Origin: an uncultured Neomegalonema sp. | GTDB lineage: Bacteria; Pseudomonadota; Alphaproteobacteria; Rhodobacterales; Rhodobacteraceae | DNA: 64,000 nt | Direction: 5' to 3' | Assembly (NCBI GenBank): GCA_937957975.1 | Contig: CALFFK010000088.1 | Location: 12,758-76,757, forward strand | Shown: positions 28,516-36,746 of the stretch, piece by piece | Numbering within the stretch: position 1 is the stretch's first letter | Layout: each line of letters starts with the position of its first letter | Position numbers and translations under genes: made by a program | Notes under the pieces: model-generated | Seen by the model: the letters and a program-made list of their open reading frames with translations, nothing else | Told to the model about the DNA's origin: nothing | Databases searched by the model: none

Positions 28516-28929
28516 TCAGCCCCCCATCGCATCAACGACGCGCGGCAATATTGTGTTCTCGGTCAGTGGTGCAAGGGGGCCAACATGGGGGTCGGCGGGG
28601 TTGATCCAGACAGCCTCCGCGATGTGGTCAGCAGGGGTTATCTCCGACAGGATTGCCACGGCGGCAAAGCCTGTTGTCGGCGTCATACGTGAGGGGTTCG
28701 ACGGCTCCCACGTTGCTCCACATTCGCAGGGAGCAAAGGCTGTGCGCGGCAAGCTGATCCCCAGATCACGCCAGAGCGCCGCACGCAGGGCATCCAGCGG
28801 GTCATCGTCGGGGCCGATCATTGTGCCGGGTTGGGTGAAAAACCCGGTATTGCGGCGACGGATGACCAGTACGCGCCCGTCACGGTCGTTGAGGGCGGCG
28901 ATAGCTTGCCGGGAACCGCTCAAAATCAT
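28516..28929 (-). CDS. Nudix-fold-like protein with a degenerate Nudix box
   Basis: 'GTMIGPDDDPLDALRAALWRDLGI' resembles GX5EX7REUXEEXGU but lacks the Glu residues. Its start overlaps the dihydropyrimidinase stop (ATGA), and its stop abuts the ATPase start. Confidence 0.45.
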   Translation of the reverse strand: MILSGSRQAIAALNDRDGRVLVIRRRNTGFFTQPGTMIGPDDDPLDALRAALWRDLGISLPRTAFAPCECGATWEPSNPSRMTPTTGFAAVAILSEITPADHIAEAVWINPADPHVGPLAPLTENTILPRVVDAMGG

Positions 28930-30386
28930 ACCCCCGCCGGAATGTTCATCGGATCACGCTGAACACCTTTCGGCGCGGTCAGGGCTTTCCATGTCGAGAG
29001 TGCCTTGTTGGCCGAGGCAAAGGCAGGGCGTGGGACGAACTTGCCGCGTCCGGGCTGGGGTTGGCTGTTTTGACCATGTGCCCAGATCACGTCGCCGCGC
29101 GAGAGAGTGTAGCGGGCCTGTGCTGTAACTTCGAAACCCTCAAACACGTTGTAATCGATGATAGATTTTTGGGTTGTCGCACTGACTGTTTTTGACAGGT
29201 TCGGGTCCCAGACAACCACATCGGCATCCGCGCCGACAGCGATTGCGCCTTTCTGCGGATAGATATTGAGAATTTTGGCGATGTTTGTGCTCGTTACCGC
29301 CACAAATTCTTCCGGCGTCAACCGCCCCGTTGCAACGCCGCGCGTCCACAGGACGGCGAGACGTTCCTCCAGCCCGCCGGTGCCGTTGGGGATCATGGGA
29401 AAGCCCGCATCGCCCATATGCTTCTGCTCGGTGGTGAAGGCGGCGTGGTCGGTGGCGACGACCTGCAACGATCCGGCGGAGAGGCCCGCCCACAGCCCGT
29501 CCTGATGGTCCTTCGAGCGGAAGGGTGGCGACATCACGCGGCGGGCGGCGTATTCCCAGTCCTTGTCAAAATACTCGCTCTCATCGAGGGTAAGATGCTG
29601 GATCAGCGGCTCGCCGTAGACGCGCATCCCCTTCTGGCGGGCGCGGCGGATGGCTTCATGGGCCTGCTCGCATGATACATGAACGATATAGAGCGGCACA
29701 CCAGCAGCATCAGCAATCATAATCGCCCGGTTCGCGGCCTCACCCTCAACTTCGGGGGGGCGGGAATACGCATGACCTTCGGGGCCGGTGATCCCCTGCG
29801 CCATATATTTTTCCTGCAAGGCCGCCACCACGTCACCATTCTCGGCATGGACGAGCGGCAGCGCGCCCAACGCAGCACAGCGCGAGAAGGATGCGAACAT
29901 CTCGTCATCCTCGATCATCAACGCGCCCTTGTAGGCCATGAAGTGCTTGAATGTGTTCACCCCGCGTTTGACGACCTGCTCCATCTCGTTGAAAATGTTC
30001 TCATTCCAGCCCGTGATCGCCATGTGATACGAATAATCTGCACAGCATTGCGGCGTCGTCTTCTTGTCCCACGCATCGACCGCATTGACGAGTGAGCCAT
30101 CCTCCCCCGGCAATACAAAATCCACGATCATCGTTGTGCCACCCGCCGCCGCCGCGAAGGTTCCGCTTTCGAAAGTCTCGGCGGCGGTGGTTCCCATGAA
30201 CGGCATCTCCAGATGCGTATGCGGATCAATCCCGCCGGGTATGACATAGGCATCCGAGGCATCGACCGTTTCGTCGCCCTTGAGATTCTGCCCAATCTCG
30301 ATGATCTTGCCGCCGTCTATCAAGACATCGGCACTATAGCTGCGGTCAGCGGTAACAATTGTGCCGCCCTTGATGACTCTGGTCAT
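28926..30386 (-). CDS. dht: Dihydropyrimidinase / D-hydantoinase
   Basis: Metal-binding 'GGIDPHTHLEMPF', the carboxylated-Lys region 'NTFKHFMAYK' and 'YIVHVSC'. Length is 486 aa. Confidence 0.92.
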   Translation of the reverse strand: MTRVIKGGTIVTADRSYSADVLIDGGKIIEIGQNLKGDETVDASDAYVIPGGIDPHTHLEMPFMGTTAAETFESGTFAAAAGGTTMIVDFVLPGEDGSLVNAVDAWDKKTTPQCCADYSYHMAITGWNENIFNEMEQVVKRGVNTFKHFMAYKGALMIEDDEMFASFSRCAALGALPLVHAENGDVVAALQEKYMAQGITGPEGHAYSRPPEVEGEAANRAIMIADAAGVPLYIVHVSCEQAHEAIRRARQKGMRVYGEPLIQHLTLDESEYFDKDWEYAARRVMSPPFRSKDHQDGLWAGLSAGSLQVVATDHAAFTTEQKHMGDAGFPMIPNGTGGLEERLAVLWTRGVATGRLTPEEFVAVTSTNIAKILNIYPQKGAIAVGADADVVVWDPNLSKTVSATTQKSIIDYNVFEGFEVTAQARYTLSRGDVIWAHGQNSQPQPGRGKFVPRPAFASANKALSTWKALTAPKGVQRDPMNIPAGV

Positions 30387-30444
30387 GGTGTCACTCTTCC
30401 TTTTACGCCGCTGCCCCGGAATTGCGCTCTGGTTCAGCTATGTA

Positions 30445-31695
30445 TTAATTGATGACTTCCGCCGCTTCCAACACCGCGTGGAACAGCACCTCTGCCCCTG
30501 CCGTGCTCCATTCCTTTGTGATGTCTTCAGCTTCGTTATGCGACAGGCCATCGACGCAGGGGCACATCACCATCGCCGTGGGGTACAGCTTATTGACCCA
30601 ACAGGCGTCATGCCCTGCCCCTGAAACAATATCCCTGTGCGAATAACCCAGCCGTTCAGCGGCATCGCGGATTGATTGCACCAACCCCTCGTCGAAGGCA
30701 GGTGGATCGAACTGGCCGACGATTTCCGCCTCGAAGCTGACATCCAATGCCTCGCACAGCTTTGGCGCTTCCTCCAGCAAACGTGCGACCATCGTGTTCA
30801 GGCGGTCCAGCTCGTGCGACCGGAAATCAATGGTGAAGACGACCTTGCCGGGAATGATATTGCGGGAGTTGGGATAGACATCCACATGCCCGATGGCCCC
30901 GACTGCGTTGGGCTGATTATCCATCGCAATCGCATGAACCAGCTCCGTAATCTGCGCCAGTCCTCGCCCTGCATTCCGGCGCATTGGCATCGGGGTCGAG
31001 CCGGTATGGCTTTCCTTCCCCGTCACCGTACATTCGATCCAGCGCAAGCCCTGACCATGCGTGACGACGCCAATATCCACGTTTTCGGCCTCCAGAATCG
31101 GCCCTTGTTCGATATGTAATTCGAGAAACGCCTTCATTTTCCGCGCGCCGACAGCCTCCTCGCCGCGCCAGCCGATGCGTTCCAGTTCGTCACCAAACCG
31201 CTTTCCCTCTGCATCGGTCTTTGCGTAAGCATCTTCCTGCGAGATCACCCCGGCGAAAACACCCGATGCCATCATCGCTGGCGCAAAGCGTGTTCCCTCC
31301 TCATTGGTCCAGTTGACCACACAGACCGGATGCTTTGTTTTAATATCCAGATCGTTCATCGTGCGCACGATCTCCAACGCGCCGAGAACCCCCAGAACGC
31401 CATCATAGCGCCCCCCCGTTGGTTGCGTATCAAGATGCGAGCCGACCATGACCGGCAGAGCGTTAGGGTCTGTTCCCGCCCGTGTGGCGAACATGGTTCC
31501 CATCTGGTCCACGCCCATTGTGCACCCTGCTTCTTCGCACCATTTCTGGAACAAGTGCCGCCCTTCGCTGTCTTCATCCGTCACGGTTTGTCGGTTGGAG
31601 CCGCCCGCGATACCGGGGCCGATTTCTGCAATCTCGTGGATGCTGTCCCATAGCCGGTCGCCGTTCAGACGCAGGTTTTCGCCGGGTGCGGGCAT
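30445..31695 (-). CDS. N-carbamoyl-beta-alanine/L-amino-acid amidohydrolase (M20 family, beta-ureidopropionase type)
   Basis: 'GSHLDTQPTGGRYDGVLGV' and 'EEGTRF' are typical of the allantoate / carbamoyl amidohydrolase family. It lies upstream of dht. The start may be 31695 or 31707. Confidence 0.85.
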   Translation of the reverse strand: MPAPGENLRLNGDRLWDSIHEIAEIGPGIAGGSNRQTVTDEDSEGRHLFQKWCEEAGCTMGVDQMGTMFATRAGTDPNALPVMVGSHLDTQPTGGRYDGVLGVLGALEIVRTMNDLDIKTKHPVCVVNWTNEEGTRFAPAMMASGVFAGVISQEDAYAKTDAEGKRFGDELERIGWRGEEAVGARKMKAFLELHIEQGPILEAENVDIGVVTHGQGLRWIECTVTGKESHTGSTPMPMRRNAGRGLAQITELVHAIAMDNQPNAVGAIGHVDVYPNSRNIIPGKVVFTIDFRSHELDRLNTMVARLLEEAPKLCEALDVSFEAEIVGQFDPPAFDEGLVQSIRDAAERLGYSHRDIVSGAGHDACWVNKLYPTAMVMCPCVDGLSHNEAEDITKEWSTAGAEVLFHAVLEAAEVIN

Positions 31696-31713
31696 GAAAG
31701 CCTCCATTGGAAT

Positions 31714-31729
31714 TTTTCCATCTGGTCAA
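31714..31729. promoter_or_regulatory. Candidate RutR operator in the rutR / amidohydrolase divergent region
   Basis: TTTTCCATCTGGTCAA matches the E. coli RutR box TTGACCAnnTGGTCAA at 12 of 14 specified positions. A second TGGTCAA half-site lies at 31751-57. Confidence 0.45.
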
Positions 31730-31774
31730 ATGCTACCCGTGCGGCCATGCTGGTCAAGTGCAAAAGGAGCGTTA

Positions 31775-32392
31775 ATGACAAATACGGAACGATCCCCCCG
31801 CCGGGCCGCGACCGAGGCGCGCATTCTTGATGCTGCGCTTGATGTCTTTGCAGATCATGGATTTCGGGGTGCTACCCTCGACGGTATTGCCAGTGCAGCG
31901 GGCATGTCGAAACCCAATCTCCTGTATTACTTCGCAACGAAGGAGGAGATGCATGTGGCCTTGCTCGACGGGCTGATGGATACGTGGCTTGACCCTCTGG
32001 AGGCGCTTGATCCGACGGGGGAACCAATAGAGGAGTTACGGGCCTATATCCGCCGAAAGTTGGCCATGGCCCAACGGTATCCCCGCGAATCCCGCCTTTT
32101 CGCTAATGAGATCGTGCAGGGCGCGCCCCGCATTGCATCGATGCTGTCGGGGCGCTTGCGGGCGCTGGTGCAGGCGAAAGCAGCGATACTTGACGAATGG
32201 ATCATGCAGGGGCGGCTTGCCCCGGTCGATCCGGCCCATCTGATCTTCGCGATTTGGGCAACCACCCAGCATTACGCTGATTTCGATGTGCAGGTGTGCG
32301 CTGTGTTGGACAGCGATGATGATGCCCGGTTCGATACGGCGCTGGCGACCCTTGAAATCCTGTTTATCGATGGATTGCGGCCTCGCGGTTGA
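31775..32392 (+). CDS. rutR: TetR-family pyrimidine-utilisation regulator RutR
   Basis: It shows strong resemblance to my recollection of E. coli RutR ('KPNLLYYF', 'LAPVDPAHLIFAIWATTQHYADF', C-terminal 'GLRPR'). An SD (aaggag) lies upstream of ATG 31775. Confidence 0.88.
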   Translation: MTNTERSPRRAATEARILDAALDVFADHGFRGATLDGIASAAGMSKPNLLYYFATKEEMHVALLDGLMDTWLDPLEALDPTGEPIEELRAYIRRKLAMAQRYPRESRLFANEIVQGAPRIASMLSGRLRALVQAKAAILDEWIMQGRLAPVDPAHLIFAIWATTQHYADFDVQVCAVLDSDDDARFDTALATLEILFIDGLRPRG

Positions 32393-32400
32393 AAGTTTTG

Positions 32401-32658
32401 ATGTGCATTATGCGTCACCCGTTCCGGGGTAGTCTCGGTTGTTCAGCGGGGCGTGACTATCTGAACACGTTGAACGCGCGGCATAAGCAGGAAGCGCGTA
32501 ACCTCGCGAAACTTACAGGTTGGGAACTTGATGCCATACGCAGCGATATGCGCAAAGCCGGGTATGTCGCGCCAACAGTCACCCCGATCGGCGATTACTG
32601 CTTCGACAATCTCCGCGATTGGACCGCATGGAGTACCCGGAGTGACGGAAAAAACTAA
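32401..32658 (+). CDS. Hypothetical small protein (weak call)
   Basis: An ORF with protein-like composition and no recognisable motif. It overlaps the convergent EamA gene end by 4 nt. Confidence 0.3.
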   Translation: MCIMRHPFRGSLGCSAGRDYLNTLNARHKQEARNLAKLTGWELDAIRSDMRKAGYVAPTVTPIGDYCFDNLRDWTAWSTRSDGKN

Positions 32659-33509
32659 TCCTTGCCGAGTAACAGGATGAGCAACGCGCAAAAGATCAGG
32701 CCAACCCCGACCCACACGAACGGGGTAGGCCAACCATTGCCAAGCATACCTTCATAAAACGCCACGAAGGCCGGAACCAGATAACCATAGGCCATCACTT
32801 TGCCGGAAGGCAGACGCAAGGCCGCAAACTGTAGCAGGGCAAAGGTTCCGGCGGTCGTGAAGATCGCCAGATAGGCGACCGTGATCCAGACGATCCGGGG
32901 CAGGGCGCTCCAGTCAGTCGCGAGGATCGCGGGCATCGCATAAAGTCCAACGACGACCAGCGCCCCTGAGATCGTACCGAGCGTGAATACCAGAACCGGC
33001 TCTCCCCGGTTCAGGCGCGGCACCATCGGCGCATAGAGTGCATGGGCAATGCACCCAAAGAAAAAGATCGTTTCGCCATATCCCAGATCGAGAGAGAGCA
33101 AAGCATCCAAATCGGCGCGAAAGATAACCCATATCGCCCCAATAGCCCCGATCCCCAGTGCCAGTTGTGCCACTGGCGTAAAACGCTGTCGCATCAGCAA
33201 CCACCCGAATCCTGCACTCATCGTCGGAATCAGGGTGAAAATCGCACTGGTTGACACCGGCTGTGCAGTCTTGAGGGCTTCGAACATCAGTACAAAATAG
33301 CCGCCCATTAATCCGCCAAGGATCAGGTAGCGCCATGGTGCTTTGGCGTGGACTCGTGTGACCCGAACCCGCGCCACCATAACTGCCGCCCCCATAACAC
33401 CAAGGGCACAAAGAAAGCGCACAGCGGTCAGCGCAGCAGGGTCGATCAATGGTGCGGCCTGCTTGCCGATACTGAACGCCCCCGCGATCAACGCTGCGAA
33501 CAGCAGCAT
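32655..33509 (-). CDS. EamA/DMT-family transporter
   Basis: A ten-helix-like hydrophobic profile with two EamA-type halves. The start is set at 'MLLFAALIAGAF' because the upstream in-frame extension overlaps the preceding gene. Confidence 0.8.
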   Translation of the reverse strand: MLLFAALIAGAFSIGKQAAPLIDPAALTAVRFLCALGVMGAAVMVARVRVTRVHAKAPWRYLILGGLMGGYFVLMFEALKTAQPVSTSAIFTLIPTMSAGFGWLLMRQRFTPVAQLALGIGAIGAIWVIFRADLDALLSLDLGYGETIFFFGCIAHALYAPMVPRLNRGEPVLVFTLGTISGALVVVGLYAMPAILATDWSALPRIVWITVAYLAIFTTAGTFALLQFAALRLPSGKVMAYGYLVPAFVAFYEGMLGNGWPTPFVWVGVGLIFCALLILLLGKD

Positions 33510-33547
33510 TGCGGCATGGCCCGGCAGGGTTGCGCGGCTGAAGGAAG

Positions 33548-34318
33548 TCAGGCGAACGCCGCTTTCGCCGCCGCGCCGAGTGATGCCATCATTTGCCTGT
33601 AGGGAACGGGACCATAGCTGATGCGCGCCACACCGCATTGTGCGAGTACCGTTTTCTCCGGCGCACCAGGCAACGCCATGACATTGACCGGCAAGGATGT
33701 CTGCGCGCAAAGCGTCTCAATCATTCCCGCATCGGCCAATCCCGGTGCGAAGAAACCATTTGCTCCGGCATCAGCATAGGCTTTCGCGCGAGTGATTGCT
33801 TCGTCCAGCATGGCTTTCGTATGCGTATCGGGCTTGTTTTTCAGAAAAATATCGGTGCGGGCGTTGATGAAGCCCGGTATTCCAACATCGTCGCACGCCT
33901 TGCGCGCCGCCTTTACCCGTTCGATCTGTACAGAGACGGGGTGCAACCCTTCGCCACCGACAACTTGATCCTCAAAATTGATCCCGATGGTGCCGGCCTC
34001 CAGTGCTTTTGCTACCGTTGCCTCTACCTCGTGGGGCGAAACGCCATAGCCTCCTTCGAGGTCCATTGTTACAGGCAGCTCCGTTTTCGCCACGATCCGC
34101 CGGATATTATCGAGCGCCAGATCGAGAGGAATGTTTTCTCCATCGGCATAACCAAACGCCGCCGCGACCGGCCAACTTCCCGTTGCCAATGCCTTTGCGC
34201 CCGCCGCTTCCACGGCTCTCGCGCTGCCGGGATCCCAGATATTGAACAGGACGACCGGATTGCCTTTGACGTGAAGGGCTGAGAAAGCCCCGGCTTTGGC
34301 TGTTTGATCGGTGGTCAC
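33548..34318 (-). CDS. Isocitrate lyase/PEP mutase superfamily protein (neither PepM nor methylisocitrate lyase by motif)
   Basis: 'NIWDPGSARAVEAAG', 'MDLEGGYG' and 'INFEDQV'. It lacks both the PepM 'EDKxxxxxNS' motif and the MICL 'KRCGH' motif. Confidence 0.8.
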   Translation of the reverse strand: MTTDQTAKAGAFSALHVKGNPVVLFNIWDPGSARAVEAAGAKALATGSWPVAAAFGYADGENIPLDLALDNIRRIVAKTELPVTMDLEGGYGVSPHEVEATVAKALEAGTIGINFEDQVVGGEGLHPVSVQIERVKAARKACDDVGIPGFINARTDIFLKNKPDTHTKAMLDEAITRAKAYADAGANGFFAPGLADAGMIETLCAQTSLPVNVMALPGAPEKTVLAQCGVARISYGPVPYRQMMASLGAAAKAAFA

Positions 34319-34517
34319 GGATCGAGATCCTTTAATAAGGTGATTGTAACACTCCCTTATCTATCCCGTTGCCAAACAAGGCTGTCAACGGTGAGGCACC
34401 AGCGTAAATTACTGTGATCACAGCGAGACACGATAGCAAGAGCGAGAGGTGCAATAAAGGAAAGTGGACGCATCCTTGTTCATATAGCGAATTGTACACT
34501 CGCCCGGAGAAACACAC

Positions 34518-35873
34518 ATGCTTACCCCTGCCGGACGATCCTTCGAGGGCGTCGATCAGCGCGCATCGCTTCGGGAGGCACTTACTCGCCATGGGCAGAT
34601 GACACCGGGGCAGACTGCGGGTCGTTTGCTTCCCATGGCTTGCGTATCGCTTGAGATCACCCAGCGTTGCAATCTTGATTGCTCCCTATGCTACTTGTCC
34701 GACAGGGCTGAAGCGGCACGCGATGTGCCGCTGCCCATCCTGCTGGATCGGATCGGGATGGTGCATAGTCACTATGGAGCGGGTACGTCGATTCAGATTT
34801 CGGGTGGTGATCCGACTCTGCGCAGTGTCGATGATCTGGAAGTATTATGCCGCCACATACGATCTTTGGGAATGCGATCCTGCCTTATGACGAACGGCAT
34901 TCGCGCGACGCAGGCAATGCTGTCACGGCTCGCGGCGGCAGGGCTTGATGATTTTGCGATCCATGTTGATCTCACACAAGAGCGAAAAGGATATTCCAGC
35001 GAGGTTGCGCTGAATGCGGTTCGCAGTGAATACATCGCACGGGCGCGGGGTTTGGGGCTTCGGATTCTCTTCAATACGACTATTTTCGACGGCAATATCG
35101 CTGAATTACCCGATCTCGCGCGTTTCTTTCGTGAGAATGCTGCGGATATAGATTTCGTGTCGTTTCAAATGCAGGCCGATACAGGGCGCGGTATCCTGCG
35201 CGAACGCGGTGATGAGATTACGCAAGAATCTGTGATGCGCTCTGTTCGGGAAGGGATGGGCGTCGCCCTTGACTTCGATTCGGTATCGGTGGGGCATTCC
35301 GAGTGTAATCGCTACGCTTCGATCATCAGCGCCGGAGGCGTGGCAACGTCGCCCCTCTCCAACCGTCGCCTTGTCACCGATGTCGTGGACACGCTCGAAA
35401 AGATTGATGCCCGTGAGCGGGGCAATCTCGATGTAATGCGGATTGCGGCACGGTTGGTTCTTCGGAAACCGGGGCTTGGGTTGCGTATTGCGGCGGAAGC
35501 CGGGCGTTGGCTATGGCGATTGCGATCAGGCTTGATCAGAAGCCGGGGGCGGGTGCGCCGTATGGGCATCCTCGTACATAACTTCATGGATGCGTCAAAA
35601 CTGGATCGTGCGCGCTGTGAATCCTGCGTCTTTATGGTGATGACGGCAGAGGGACCACTTTCGATGTGCGTCCATAATGCTGACCGGGATTCGCATGTCT
35701 TCGCGCCATCGCGAATCGAAACAGCAGAGGGGCCAAAATGGTGGAATGCAGAAACAGGTTTCGAGGATGTAGCCAAAGGGGCGGACGAGACACCCCTGCC
35801 GTTCAAACGGCTCAAGGGACGACAACGTGCGAAGGCAGAAATGGCCCGCACCACCGCGAAAGGGGCACGATGA
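34518..35873 (+). CDS. Radical SAM enzyme with a Cys-containing C-terminal extension, function unknown
   Basis: 'CNLDCSLCY' (CxxxCxxC), 'ISGGDPTL', and a C-terminal 'RCESCVFMVMTAEGPLSMCVH'. The start may be downstream, at Met 34599. Confidence 0.8.
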   Translation: MLTPAGRSFEGVDQRASLREALTRHGQMTPGQTAGRLLPMACVSLEITQRCNLDCSLCYLSDRAEAARDVPLPILLDRIGMVHSHYGAGTSIQISGGDPTLRSVDDLEVLCRHIRSLGMRSCLMTNGIRATQAMLSRLAAAGLDDFAIHVDLTQERKGYSSEVALNAVRSEYIARARGLGLRILFNTTIFDGNIAELPDLARFFRENAADIDFVSFQMQADTGRGILRERGDEITQESVMRSVREGMGVALDFDSVSVGHSECNRYASIISAGGVATSPLSNRRLVTDVVDTLEKIDARERGNLDVMRIAARLVLRKPGLGLRIAAEAGRWLWRLRSGLIRSRGRVRRMGILVHNFMDASKLDRARCESCVFMVMTAEGPLSMCVHNADRDSHVFAPSRIETAEGPKWWNAETGFEDVAKGADETPLPFKRLKGRQRAKAEMARTTAKGAR

Positions 35874-36709
35874 TGAAACGATCTCTTATCTTACTTTGTC
35901 TTGCCATTACCGGTTGCACGACAATCGAGCGTGCCAACCTGCCAGACCCGGTTTTGCTCGATCAACGCTGGAAGGTTGCGGCTCCGACCGACCGCCGTGC
36001 TGTCGATCATGCACCGTGGGACCGTTTTCTGGGCCAATACGTCTCCACTGATGCAATGGGCGTGAACCGTGTTGCCTATGCGAAAGTTTCGCCTGCGGAT
36101 CGTGCCGCCCTGCGCGGATATTTGCAAAGCTTGCAGCGCGTGGATGTGCCCGCCTTATCGCGGGACCAGCAACTCGCTTTCTGGATCAATCTCTACAATG
36201 CAAAGACTGTTGATATTGTTCTCGACGCATACCCTGTGGATTCGATCCTCAATATCAAGGATGGTTTGCTGCCGACCGGCCCCTGGAAGCGCGATGTCGT
36301 TACAGTGGGCGGCGAAGCATTGAGCCTGAACGACATAGAGCATCGCATCCTGCGCCCGGTATTCCAGGAAGCACGTATCCATTATGCACTGAACTGCGCC
36401 GCTGCCGCCTGCCCAAATCTTGCGCCGCGCGCATGGCGGGCGGAAGGGCTGGAGCAGGCATTTTCTGACGCGGAACGCGCTTATGTGAACGATCCTCGCG
36501 GGGTTCGTATCGAACCGGATGGTACGCTCGTTCTGTCAAAGATTTACGCATGGTTCCGCGAGGATTTCGGCGACAGCGAAGTCGCAATCCTCGCGCAGCT
36601 TGCTGAAGCCGCCGCTCCTCCCCTACGGGCACAACTGGCTGGGCGCGACAGTGTTGATCGCTATGAGTACGACTGGTCTCTGAATGATGCGGCGGCTGTA
36701 ACGCCATAG
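35870..36709 (+). CDS. DUF547-family lipoprotein
   Basis: ATG 35870 overlaps the radical SAM stop (ATGA). It has a lipobox 'LAITGC' and the DUF547 core 'FWINLYNAKTV...HYALNCAAAACPNL'. Confidence 0.8.
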   Translation: MMKRSLILLCLAITGCTTIERANLPDPVLLDQRWKVAAPTDRRAVDHAPWDRFLGQYVSTDAMGVNRVAYAKVSPADRAALRGYLQSLQRVDVPALSRDQQLAFWINLYNAKTVDIVLDAYPVDSILNIKDGLLPTGPWKRDVVTVGGEALSLNDIEHRILRPVFQEARIHYALNCAAAACPNLAPRAWRAEGLEQAFSDAERAYVNDPRGVRIEPDGTLVLSKIYAWFREDFGDSEVAILAQLAEAAAPPLRAQLAGRDSVDRYEYDWSLNDAAAVTP

Positions 36710-36746
36710 CATTTGTCTTACAGCATGGTTGGCCAACCATGCTGCA

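Noticed and set aside
33548-35873. A possible phosphonate biosynthetic cluster (PEP-mutase-family gene divergent from a radical SAM gene, with an exporter).
   Set aside because: The ICL/PEPM-family protein has 'INFEDQVVGG' where true PEP mutases carry the diagnostic EDKxxxxxNS motif. No phosphonopyruvate decarboxylase or aminotransferase is present.
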